Shown one piece after another: positions 1-11,813 of a DNA stretch of 64,000 nt. A program made the translations under genes and the position numbers. Every line of letters starts with the position of its first letter. The first letter of the stretch is position 1. The stretch comes from Podarcis erhardii (Eukaryota). The stretch lies in assembly GCA_964252035.1 (NCBI GenBank), contig OZ176200.1, one strand, 5' to 3'. The notes under the pieces are model-generated. The model saw only the letters and a list, made by a program, of their open reading frames with translations, did no database searches and was not told the origin of the DNA.

Positions 1-362
1 TTTAGGTGAAGTTCCAAGCAGGAGACTCCTCCGCCGCGTAAAGAAATGAAATGCCGCTTGTCGTAATTGGATTCAGCGGACTAACTTGTCAGGCCCGCAG
101 CTTGGAGGCAAAAGGGACTCTAAAGGTGCGTGGAATGGGGCGGGGGTGGGGGTGGGAAAGTCGCTTGCTTCGAAACCTCTTCTGATAGAGACCAGCGCAG
201 AACATTTACCAAAGTGCTGCTTTCTTCCCCTTTCCATTGTTTAGCGAAAATAATACGAATTAACACTATGTGTAGGATGTGCGGAGTGGTGGAAACTTGC
301 GTGGGGGAACGACATAAAGATCATGTGTCTATTCATTCCTTTTCTACATGATCATACGATGA

Positions 363-945
363 GCTGAAAGCTATGCATTACTTCCTAGGGAGCAAGTCCC
401 ACTGAACTTAGTTGGACTTAACTTCTAAGTGAACGTCCATTAAGACTGGACTGCATGAGCAGAACGCTGCACGCTTACGATGCAGCAAGTTTTCATTGAA
501 ATCAGTTCGATTATTCCAGGTAAAAATGCTGTGGATTCAAGAATACCGGGATGCTATTCGCAGTGCTAGTTGTAAATTCCCACTGAAATCATCTAGACTG
601 AAATCCAAGTAAGACAGCGATCCTTTCCTTACTTACCTGGGAGTGATCTGCATTGAGTTCAATGTGCAAGATTGCTCTCAAAGTGGATTTAAACCGGAGT
701 GGCTTTTAAGGCCCCTGATTTTAAACAGGATCGAGTTTCTTTGGATGTAAAGAAACGGAGTAAAAGACAAATGAGCTATCTACCCGCTCGATATTTTTAA
801 TAATGTGATCCCTGCTTGATGGCAATTGGCCGCAGTCCAGCACAGAGCTCAGTACACCTGTGTTGCAGTCCCAAAGGCACCTAGTGAGTAAGTCCCGTTG
901 AATTCAGTGGGATTTACTTCCGAGTAAACAGGCGGCGCAGATGCG
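363..945 (+). mobile_element. Three decayed copies (~363-452, ~615-677, ~861-945) of a ~90 bp palindromic MITE-like element
   Basis: Each shares parts of the consensus gctgcaatcctatgca-cttacctgggagtaagtcccactgaa-tcagtgggacttacttctgagtaaacatg-ataggattgcagc. Confidence 0.65.
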
Positions 946-1300
946 GCTGCACTGTTTGTTACTATATGTGGGATTGGTTGCGCCTAACTCTGATGAGTTG
1001 TAGCTCTTATTTATTTCGATTATGGGGTGGTTCATACACACAGGCAGATACACAGACCCTAGGAAACGCCGCTGTAGATGGAGCCATGAAAAATATTTCA
1101 GAAGTATGACAAAAAAGTGGTTCCCCACCCCCACCCCCCAGCATTTTGCTTTTGTTTGTTTCTTGCGGGAGGGAACAATTCAGAGAAGGTGGCAGATTCA
1201 TTGTAAAACAAACGCGAAGTATGAAGGGCGAGTCAACGTTTCCAGAAAGAGCCACCAGAAGCAATAGGCAGTGACACGATTTCCACTAGTTGTGTTTAGA

Positions 1301-1306
<6 letters not shown>

Positions 1307-1351
<45 letters not shown>
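1307..1351. repeat. (TA)n microsatellite
   Basis: Direct reading. Confidence 0.95.
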
Positions 1352-1354
<3 letters not shown>

Positions 1355-4300
1355 TGTGTATATACACACACACAGTGAATGAGAGAGAATTCCATTAAGT
1401 CTGACAGTCCGAGGCTAACAGAGCAGTCTAGAGCCATTGAAATACATAGGATGCTTGCCATAGGACATGAATCCTAACCCAAACTGTTACTTTTTGGTTT
1501 CTTGTTTGAACACAAATATATGTCTTCCTTTGAAGTGCCTAATGGAAAATCCTCTTTCCCCCCACTTCCAGGTCACCCCAGCACTTGATGTCTTGGGTTG
1601 GGGAAATGCAACGCAGAAAAGCCCTAAGTTTACTACCACTACAGCCTCCACAACAACAAAACATATTATTACGTCTATACATGCATATATATAGTTCTAT
1701 AGACTACTAGCACGTTCTATTTCATCTCCCATTACCTTGGTGGTGGGGAGTGGGGGGCGGGCAGAAAAAAAAGGGGATCTGGGATTCAGGATTCCATCTT
1801 TGTTCAAGCTCATGCAGTCGCTTACCTGTATCCTAAAACTGTCCTCTTCGGTCAGAAATTGCGCGCTTTCAGCTTGGAAGATATAGCCTTCCTCCTTTGT
1901 TCTGTAGACAATACACTCCTAAACCTGATCTTGCGGGTCTGCTCGAGCATTTCCATAGACCAGTATTCCCGGTAGAATATATTTTTTTTCAAGAGCAAGC
2001 CAAGATTGCAGCAGCTCCAATAAAAGAGGGCGAATGGATTCTGAGTTCGTTAGGTTTAATAATAATTTCGGAAATCCTTCACAATCAACCCCATGGAATA
2101 AAAAAATAAAGCCAGCTGGTCAAGCTTATCGTTTTGCTTTGTTTGTAAATAACAAGCGATGAGGCCACATATGCATCATCTTTTCAATTATAGCTATATA
2201 TATTTTATCTTAAAAAAAAAAAAAGAGCCGCCGAAGAAGCCTTCGGTAATAAGAAATACAGGCGCTGCCTTAAAATATAAGCATATTTGTTCACGTGATC
2301 CTGAGAGAGGAGATGGTTCTGATTAAGGCTGGAACTTTCACTCGGGTTATCCTCTGTAAATCCTCCCCCATGTATCCTCGGTCTAGGTGGCTGCGGAGCT
2401 GGGGTGGGCTAACCCACAGGGCCAAAGGCACCCACAAAACCTTCCTAGGTGGGGCGGGGAGCGAGTCGTAATAACCTGCTCTAGTCAAGGTGTCCATTCA
2501 CTGTCCAAGTGCCCAGGGGCATCACACACACAGCGTAGTTTTCAGAGCCCTCTTTAGAAATCCACATTGGCTTCATCACCTTAGCAAACTATTTCACAGA
2601 GTAGGTAGGGATGGTGATGAGGAGGAGCGGGCGTGGGGGGCGGCGGCGGCGGCGGGAGGGAGGGAGAGATTGGGGTTGAGGTTGGGGAGGGGGTTTGCAG
2701 ACCTTGTCGGATATTCGCGGCAAGTTGAACCAACATCACAGCAAATTTGGCTCCAGGATCTCTATAGGGTTATAATAACCCGCGATCACAACGAATTGCG
2801 GGGTGGGGGGGCCTCATGTTAATAGTAGGGGTGGGGCTTGTTCCCCATTGCTCCTCAAAATAATTTTTATAGTTTCATAATGAAGGAAGATGTGTGGGCT
2901 TGCCTTGCTTTGCTATTTCTGTAAAATCCACTGACGATAGAGGGTGGCTGTAACTCTGTCTTAGTTACCCTTCCATTGTATAGAATAATCTCGTTCTTTT
3001 CACCTTTCTTGTTGTTGTAGGGGACAAACAAATTCGGCAAAGTTGGGTTTGGTCTACGATGAAGGTTGAAGATCAACCTTGTCTTCATGGCTTAATAGAG
3101 AGCTCCTGGTGTTGGGGAAGCATCTGATCTCTGTCCTACTCTGTCCTAAGTCTCGCTTGTATTTATGTCTGTGTAGAAACCTTCTTCAGATACAACCATC
3201 TCGCGAGTTTGTCACACAAATAATGTCCGAAGCAAGTCAGATTATTTCGCAGCGTTGTTGTTGTTACTATGATGATGATGATGATGATGATGACGATGAT
3301 TACTATTACAGCTCTTTTGTCTAGTGTCTCTAAAAGTAACTTGGAGCTATAAAAGCGCCCAACCTAATCTAGAATCTCCTAAGATTTCATTACCATCCAA
3401 AGCATGGGGAACTTGACAGTAATGTATTACCTTACAATACGCACCATAAGTGTGTGGTAGCATTTATCTAAATTACTCTGCTTTATCCTGACTTTGCAAA
3501 CCAGTCTTTTTTTTTTTAAACACAAACACACACACACCACACACACGGGGTGGGTGGGTGGGTGGGTGGTGGAAGAGGAGATAAATTGTAGTCCTGTTAT
3601 CAAAGCTCAAGCAGAAACTCATATTCAAGAATCTGCTGTCACTTAAAACCTGCGGGCACAGGATCCAGCCGCGTTTTATGCATTTCTGGAGTCTGACTAC
3701 ATGCATGCTCACAGGGGAGTAAGCTCCTGAGACATAATTCCAGGTAAATCCCAGGTACTCAGGATTGCATCCCATTGCCTCCGATGGTTCCAGTGGGAAC
3801 GAAGCATATGAGCTGAATTGGGAGCCCTCTATATAGTTCCTGTCAGATGTCTCTTCGTCTAGCTGTAAAACCTGTCGCGTCGGAAATAAAAGCTGGTTCC
3901 AAAAATAATTTAACCTAAGAAACGCATACTAACAAAATCAAGCAGAGATAAAAGGAATAAGGATGCTGAAGAAGAAGCGGGAGAAGCGACTTCTAAATAT
4001 TTTCAGGGGGGTGGGGTGGGGTGGGGTGGAGATCGCACCTTCCAGAAGGGCCACCTATAAATTATGCGGCTAAAACAAACAAGCAAGCAACAACCCTACG
4101 AAATTAAGGCTGAAAACGCTGCAAGCCAAGTGTGAAGCTCACCGAGAGGGCGGGAGGTGAGGGGGACTCCCAGTTTGGCCGAGATGTGCCTGCGTAAAGG
4201 ATCTAAGGCTTTTTCAGTCCAAGCATATGTTCATAGAGCAATAAAATGGAAAGATTTACAGTCCTTGCTGGGCCTCCTTCTTTCTCTTTCTCCCCCTTCC

Positions 4301-4588
4301 ACGTCGTACCACCCCTCCATCACACACACACAAACGCAGGCGATCAGCATCGCACCCTTCCAGGAATTACTTACGATGATTTATAACAATAAACCCGGCA
4401 ATTGTCAAACTGATAAAATATACTGGGCGATACGCAGGAATCAGCGTTATCATTAAAGGGCCTTTTCCGTTTAGGTTCGGAGTTTCTTTGCCTCTCTCCC
4501 TCTCTGTGTCTGTGTCTCTTGCTCTGTCTCTTGTGTAGTTTGGGATTCTTTCTGGGACAAACCAGAAAGATATATATAAACTTTGCTC

Positions 4589-4621
<33 letters not shown>

Positions 4622-4630
4622 CGCGCGCGT
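4589..4630. repeat. (GT)12(GC)8 compound microsatellite
   Basis: Direct reading. Confidence 0.95.
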
Positions 4631-4796
4631 GGACAAATTCGGAAAGAGCAAATCTGATTCTTAAGTCACTATCCCAAACCAAAAGCATTTGTCATCTTTG
4701 AATAATTGAATTAATGCGTTATTGTTTGAATGTATAATTCATAACGCAGGAAACTCTGTCTTTGTCCTGACACATAGCGGAAGTAATAAAAAATAT

Positions 4797-4836
<40 letters not shown>

Positions 4837-5565
4837 ACAAGCTCTCCAAGTAACGCGTAAGAAAGACCACACCGCTTGCCAGAAACAAAACAAAGCATTT
4901 CCAAAGAGCCAAAGGCTTAGGAAGATAGCTCTTGGCTTTGTGATATACACACCCATATATGTATATGTGCCTATGTATTTGCGTGCATAGTTCTATCTAT
5001 GTGTACACACACAAATGCATAGACAGACACACGCACTGCAGTTCAAAATTCCCATTTGCTAAAGCGAGTCTTTTCCCCGCCACCCAAAACAAAACAATAC
5101 CCAGACTGGCTGGGTGTCTTCTACAAAATATCCAATGCCGACTCCAGTGGGACTGTCCCCATCTTCAGGTATCCCACCCCTCAATGGTTCCAGAACGCCA
5201 TCCCTCCCCACAAATATAATGCCGAACGGAACATCTGAAATCACCCACGTCTTTGTGTGACGGCACCATAGTGTATAGCCTAACCGGGTCGGGAGGGTGG
5301 CGGCGGTGGAGTGCCCTTAGAATTCATTATCTCTTGCTTAAAGTCTGCCTTGGGTAAAATTTCAACTCCGTTTTATAGCCTTCTATTATGACGCAAAGGA
5401 AAAAAAAATTTACGACCCTCGCTTGAAAAGAAGATCAGGGCCTTTTCTCACCATTTAAGAATGGGGCAGCAGATGCCCTGACAGCTATCATTGTTCCCAG
5501 TAAGATATAAACAACCAGTAAATCTTCACCCATTTCCCCACACAAGCAGCTTTTGGCCAGACCTC

Positions 5566-5568
<3 letters not shown>

Positions 5569-5620
<52 letters not shown>
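5569..5620. repeat. (CT)n microsatellite
   Basis: Direct reading. Confidence 0.95.
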
Positions 5621-7042
5621 CTTTCTCTTCTGCTGTGGAACATAGAAAGATCATTTCCTTATTCAGTACCGGAATATCTCATAATAAAGAGTAAACATTG
5701 GGGTGTCTCTCCCCCCCGCAATATGCCTACTACAGCTTCTGACTAGGGCAGAGTTGCAAATCAGGAGGAGAAGGGCCCCTATTTGTCAAACATTTGACAG
5801 CTAAGTTCATTAAGGATTTCGAAATATAAAAGGAAAGAAAGAAAATGTGTACCTACCAAGCTCCGCTTTCTTTCTTTCTTTTATTATTGGTAATTTCCCC
5901 CCCTTCGGCTGTAGCCAAAGAGCTAGGTGTGCATAGAAAGAGCCTGCGCCCCTTTGTATATTATATTCTTGGGATCTCTTCAGTTTTCAAGTCTGATAGA
6001 GTCCTTTGCTTGGCAGATTAATGACGACTCCGTGTTTCTTAAGGGACGCGCTGAATTAATTATTTCGCCCATCACGTGGTCAGGACTTGGAGAAAAATCT
6101 ATTCTTATCATCTTCCTTGCACTTTGAGAGGCTGTCTGCTGTGACTCTTCCCTAGCAAAAGATGATTTGGGTCTACATGGTTAGATTTAACCCTCTCCTC
6201 CTCCTCCTCCACCTCCTCCACTACCACCATCTTCCTGACACACACACGCACGAAAGAAAATAAAAGAAATCGGGGGTGGGGGGAGCTTTGGCAAACATGG
6301 CCGATGGAAGCTACTTGAGGGGCTCCATTGAAAAGTCCCTGTTTACTATACTGTAGAGAGGATTTGTTCTGGATCCTGCCTCTCACCCCCCCCCAGCCCC
6401 GCCCCGCTTCCGCACCATAAGGACTAGCGGCGAGGCAATATACAAACTGGAATTGATGGCAACGGGAGGAGCACAAGGCAGCTGAGAAGCCTTCAGCGTA
6501 AATTTGTGTCCTGAATCTTTACCACTCGTGGCTGTGGCGGTGCGCTGACAAACAAACACACAACAATCCCTCATCAGTCTCTCCTGTCTAAAGGTGGGGG
6601 GGATCATACTTCGCTCCAATACATGGATGGGGGTTCCTTGTTTTCATTCTTCCAGGCTGGATGATTTGGTTTTGGATTCCAGTTTTGGCTGCTCTTCCAA
6701 GAGAAGACAAGTCAACATGTGTAAAAGGGGGAAGAAGGCGGGGGAGCGAGGGGGAAACAAATCAAAATACATCCGATAAAAATAGCGCCATCGACCTCCT
6801 AGACAGATAAATGCTTTATTGCTGTCAGGGGTGTTTATGTCGGAAGGAAGGAGGAGCCTTTCATGTTAGAAGTCTACAGGAACTTTCTGAGTGCTCAAGT
6901 CGTCTACAGATTGATTCCTAAGGAATATAAGATAATAGGTTCCTAGGAACAAAAAAAGGGGGAGGCCTGTTTCTATCTGCAGAGTGTGGACTTCAAGTTT
7001 GGGCGGTTATTCCTCCACAGAATGATTCTGATTCATATACAG

Positions 7043-7177
7043 CAGGCTTTCCCAAACTTGGGTCTCCAGCTGTTTTGGACTACAATTCCCATCATCCCAG
7101 ACCACTGGTCCTGCTAGCTAGGGATGATGGGTGTTGTAGTCCAAAAGCAGCTGGAGACCCATGTTTGGGAAACCCTG
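7043..7177. mobile_element. hAT-type palindromic MITE (135 bp)
   Basis: Termini CAGGCTTTCCCAAAC...GTTTGGGAAACCCTG with ~56 bp inverted arms. The 8-bp flanks atatacag/ctatatag match 6/8 (hAT-sized TSD). Confidence 0.85.
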
Positions 7178-7324
7178 CTATATAGCAATACCACCTATCA
7201 CACAGAAACAAGTACGATGGGTCCAATTGACCTTACCTTCTATCAGTTAACACAGCAACGATAATGTGGGATAAGGCTATCAATGGCTACTAGTCAAGAT
7301 GGCCATGGGCTATGTACTATCACT

Positions 7325-7500
7325 GGTGTCAGAGCAGTATGCCTCTGAATACTAGTTGCTGGGAATCTCAAGTGGGGAGAGTGCTGATGCAACCAGGTCC
7401 TATCAGTGGGCTTCCCATAAGCCTCTGCTTGGTCACTGTGAGAACAGGATGCTGGACTAGGTGGGGCTTTGGTCTGATCAGCTATTACTGTGCTCTTAAG
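7325..7500 (+). mobile_element. CR1/L3-like retroelement 3' tail
   Basis: gcctctgaatactagttgctggga...gagaacaggatgctggactaggtgggg...ggtctgatc; same family as 25981-26155. Confidence 0.7.
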
Positions 7501-7954
7501 TACAACAGAAGGCAATTGATATCCATGTGTTGAAGGCCTCGATTTTTGATTGTGACTCCTGTGTTGCCAGCACATTATTAAGCCACATTAATTCTGGAAC
7601 TACTCCATTCATCAACTGAGTGAGACTAATCCCAGCACCATTAAAACTGTTAAAACCATTAAAGCCAAGGTGAGTTCTGCCATACTTTTCAGCGACATGT
7701 AGGTTACATCTCGGTTTTGTGGATTCTTGTCTAAAGTTGCAGTCCAAAAAAAAACACCAAAAAACAGCTAGAGAATAAATTCCACTTATTAGTTAATTTT
7801 GCTAGAATTCTAATATCCAAATTCTGTGTGTGTGTTTGCTCTCAAGCAAGTGAGTTCAGTGGTGTTCAGTTAAACATATGTCCCAAGTAAGCAGGCATTG
7901 GATTTTCAGCTGGGGAAAAAACACCTATTAAAATCCATTACTTATAACACATCC

Positions 7955-8038
7955 ACTACCCAGTTACCTGGGAGTATGTACAAATGAACCCAGTGGAACT
8001 TACCTCTAAAAAGACATCTACAGTATAGGATTGCATTT
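7955..8038 (+). mobile_element. Copy of the ~90 bp palindromic element
   Basis: ttacctgggagta...gaacccagtggaacttacctctaaaaagac...taggattgca. Confidence 0.6.
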
Positions 8039-8817
8039 ATGGGAAGCAATTCACCTGAGAGCAGGGAAGGCAAACTTTTTAAGTCTGAGGGAGTGTGTTT
8101 GCATCTTTTGCCAATCAAATATGAGATGTGGTGTGTAGAGCAATGTACCATAATATTCAAAGCTTGTATCAGCCATGAGCTCATCAGGAGGCCTTAGGGA
8201 TACCATCACCTTTCATCCTCAGGCTCCCATCTGTGACATTTAATAATGATATTGGGCTACCCTTACAGCTACTCGTGTGCCTTACAGTATATCCATACTG
8301 AGAATACAACCACCCACCCACTATACTCAGAAGTAAGGTAAGTGAGTATGGGTTTTCAGACTGAGACTTGATGCCCTAAAAATTGACTAAAAGGCTTTAG
8401 CAATAATTGGGACTCTAATCTTCAATACACTGGACCAGATCCAAAGAGCTTAATTAATCTCACCTAGGTGCTTTGTTGAGCTGGAGGGAAATTCCTGTTT
8501 TTAAGTTGGGAGAGTTTGCATACAAACACACACAAAATGCTTTCAAAATCCCTATCAGCTTGTTATGAGATTGGAGGAGGGCCTGCTGTCTGAGAAAGGC
8601 CACCCAAGCTGCATATGCACTTAAGGAATTAGTTACAAGTTTTTTGGGATCATGGTGAAAACTTGGAAGTAAGTCCAACTGAAATAAGTAGGATACTGTC
8701 AAATATATCTGATAATATTAAAGGCTTAGGAAAGAGAGTGAAAGGAGGCAAAGTCACAGCCTATTTTAACATGCTGTCACCTATTATATATTTTTATTTC
8801 CCCCCTTCCTTTCTCCT

Positions 8818-8880
8818 ATTTTTGTAAACCATCCTGGGAGCCTGGCTGAAAGGCGGGATAGAAATATGTAAAATAAATAC
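8818..8880 (+). mobile_element. L2-like 3' tail fragment
   Basis: ttgtaaaccatcctgggagcc...aaaggcgggatagaaatatgtaaaataaata. Confidence 0.55.
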
Positions 8881-9029
8881 ATTTAAATGTAAATGGCGGT
8901 TGCCACAGCTTTTGATACACATGCCCCCCCTCCCTATCCACAATTAATCAGCCATAATCTCCACTGAAAACAGTGAGGTTTCATTCCAAATCTGACTGTG
9001 TCCCTAAATAAATTTATTTGGAAGCAACT

Positions 9030-9250
9030 GCAGCTGGGATTAGTGAAATTTACTTCTGAGTCAATATGCTTGGGCTGAACTATAAAAGGTCCTATGCAAA
9101 CTTACTTGAAAGCAAGCCTGTGGAACCCAGTGGGTTTAATATAAACATAATTGGGTTTCCAATGTAAGGCAGCAAGCCTTTGCACCCTTACTTGGAAATG
9201 AGCCCTATTGAAATCAGCGATACTTACTTCTCAATACAGGATAGGATAAG
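9030..9250 (+). mobile_element. Three adjacent decayed copies of the ~90 bp palindromic element
   Basis: tttacttctgagtc; tcctatgcaaacttacttgaaagcaagcc; gcacccttacttggaaatgagccctattgaaatcagcgatacttacttctc. Confidence 0.55.
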
Positions 9251-10112
9251 ATAGGTTCTTCCTGCATACTTCATTAGCTACTGTTTGTAGAGTTCTACTA
9301 TGAGATGGCAAACATGTCAAGGGAGGATATTAGAAGATAGCACGCCTCTCTTGGGTCGCTATCAATTCAAAGCTTTTTTTGATCGAGGTACAATAGAATA
9401 CCAGTATTTATTTCGGTGTGTGCGTGTCAAACATGTATGCTTAAAAAGGACTTAGACGGAAAACAATTTGTATAAATAGTTCTTTAATCAGAGGCAGCAA
9501 AAAAATTTGGCAAAGTCTAGAAAACATCTCAGGGTCACAACTGCCGTAGAGACAACGCAGCTTAATCACAGAGGTCATGGTAATAATATACAACTTTGTG
9601 TCTCCAAGGGGAAAAGAAAAGATTCCCCTACAATCTTCAGTGTGGTAGCAGGACGATCTCTGCATAGTTCAAAACAAGTACCATCATTATAATTACTTTC
9701 ATCAACAACTCCACTCACCCCCAGAAAAGTGAGAAGAGTTTGTAGGAAATGAATGGGATGGTAAGGTTGTGTGCGTCGTTTTCTTTTAAAATCATTTTTG
9801 GCCAAATGTTTACATCAAGCAGAAACCCTTTGATACTCTCCCACTTCCATCACTCTCTTTCAAGAGTGGACCAACATCACTGCGACCAAGATTTAAGACT
9901 TCAAGAAGAAGAAGAAAGAGCTCAAAGGGTTTTTTTCCCCCCTAACACAACTTTAAGAGTTTGAACCAAACATTTGTCCAGAGGACATTTACATTACAAA
10001 AGGACTTTGGCGGAGTTCTGCCCCCCACCCCTTTCTTCTTCACACGTTCTTCAGTTCACGTCATTTGGGTTGGGGATGGATGAGCTACATTCTGAAGTCA
10101 AATTTGTCCTAC

Positions 10113-10575
10113 TGACAGCCCCACTGGAAACATGTTTACTCGGAAGCAAGTTCCACTGGGTTTAATAGGGATTGTTTCCTTGCAAGCAGTCCTGGAGCAT
10201 TACTGCCTCTTCCCTTTTGCTAAACCAACCTTCAGCGGCAGAGTGGCCATATTTGCCATAGATTGAGCCCCACTGAAATCAGTTACACCTACTTCTGAGT
10301 AAATATACAAAGGATTCGCGAACGCAATCCTGAGCACGTTTAAGGAAGAAGTCCAAGCCAATAAAGTCAATGGACCAGAACTTCCCAGTGAAACGTGTTC
10401 AGGATGGAGAGACGCGCAGACACACAAAGGAAATCCATTTTCTCCTTCCCTCCAGTTTCTCAGATTATCCCCACCACCGACACCAACCTTACTTACTTTC
10501 TAGGATATTACTCTGCGCGGTTACTAGAGAATACCCCACTGAACGCAGGATTTACTTCCGAATCAACGTGCCCAG
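10113..10575. mobile_element. About four decayed copies of the ~90 bp palindromic element, mixed orientation
   Basis: catgtttactcggaagcaagttccactg (reverse); ccccactgaaatcagttacacctacttctgagtaaa; gcaatcctgagcacgttta (reverse); ccccactgaacgcaggatttacttccgaatcaac. Confidence 0.55.
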
Positions 10576-11036
10576 GGCCCAGACGTTTACTAAGCCCCGC
10601 GAAGCTCAGGCAGTCTTGCCTTGGGCTTTAGACTGCAAGGAAGCTAGGGTTGTTGACTTCTCTTTCCCAAACAACACGCTTCCATGGGACAAAACGACTC
10701 AACACAGGCCATATGTAAACAACGGTTGGTTTCCCTTTTTTTTAAATCAATCTAACCTAGAGCTTCTGTTGAGAGGAGGATTTCGAAAGGGACTTGATGA
10801 AATCTGAGCACAGTGAAAATCTGGGGTTAGAGAGGATGCTTCCCCCCTTTTAAAAAAATGATTTTAGGGTTTAGATCTCCAAATTTGAGGCTAGGTCTTG
10901 ACAACAAGCCCTGTTTTTCTCTTGGTACTTTTTTCGGTGCCAGCAGAAAAGGAAGGGGAACTCCAGGTCCAAGAGGTTAAGGGTTCAGAGGTCATTCCTC
11001 CCGGCTGAAATACGGCGAATCGAAGGGGGGAAAACG

Positions 11037-11053
11037 TGTCCTCTGGATGAACC
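11037..11053 (-). promoter_or_regulatory. DR5 retinoic acid response element of the Hoxd4 3' neural enhancer
   Basis: Minus strand reads GGTTCA-TCCAG-AGGACA, about 2.5 kb 3' of the Hoxd4 stop. Matches the half-sites I recall for the mouse Hoxd4 3' RARE. Confidence 0.8.
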
Positions 11054-11726
11054 TGTTTCTACAATTTAGCTCGAACTTCAGTTAAATACCTTTTCAGCCT
11101 CTCAACGTGAAGGCGTCAGAAAAGAAGACGTCTCCACTATGTATGAATTGGGCGCTTTTTGTCATAGACAATGACGCGCAGTGAATGCAGGAATATCCAT
11201 CTTTAATATCACGGACGGGCAGATACTCAAGGGGAGCCCCCGTAAGAGTCTGAGAAGTAGACTCAACTAAAAAGAGAGAGGAGAGAGAGAGAGAACAAAG
11301 AAGGGGCTCCAGGACCCAACACAAAAGAACACAGCCTTCTAAGACCCCGATCCTAAATACCTCAAAGTAAGCCCTACTGATCGTCTAAGGACTGTCTTCC
11401 AAATAAGCCTGCTTGGTTACTTTGGTGGGAAAAAAGCACAAAAGAAACTGCCAAACTGCCGTGACTTCCATGATCCACTACATTAAATATGTGCCTCTCG
11501 TCCTATTATTTAGACACATCCATCTCTCTTCTTCTCTCCCCTCCCATCTCTTTTTCTAATCAAGGAAAGCCTTCAGAACTTGGGCTATGCGATTATAAGA
11601 TGAACCCAATGTGGCTATTTGGCATGGAGGAAACAACACAGACCACGCTAAGACCCCATTCTAGAACACAGAAATGTCAATTCTTGGAATTCAGAATTCT
11701 CTTGCAACACTCGGTAGGCTGAGTGG

Positions 11727-11813
11727 GTTGGCGATCCTATGCACCCTTACCTGAGAGTCAGTCTTATTGACTTCTGCGGGGCTTACTTCTGAGTAGGGAG
11801 GTCTAGGGTTGTG
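11727..11813 (+). mobile_element. Copy of the ~90 bp palindromic element
   Basis: gcgatcctatgcacccttacctgagagtcag...ggggcttacttctgagtag...tagggttgtgc. Confidence 0.65.

Noticed and set aside
630-642. ACTTACCTGG resembling the U1 snRNA 5' end
   Set aside because: No downstream U1 stem-loops or Sm site; it belongs to the palindromic repeat, not an snRNA gene.
2231-2246. CCGAAG-aagc-CTTCGG mini hairpin
   Set aside because: A 6-bp stem is expected by chance in 64 kb.
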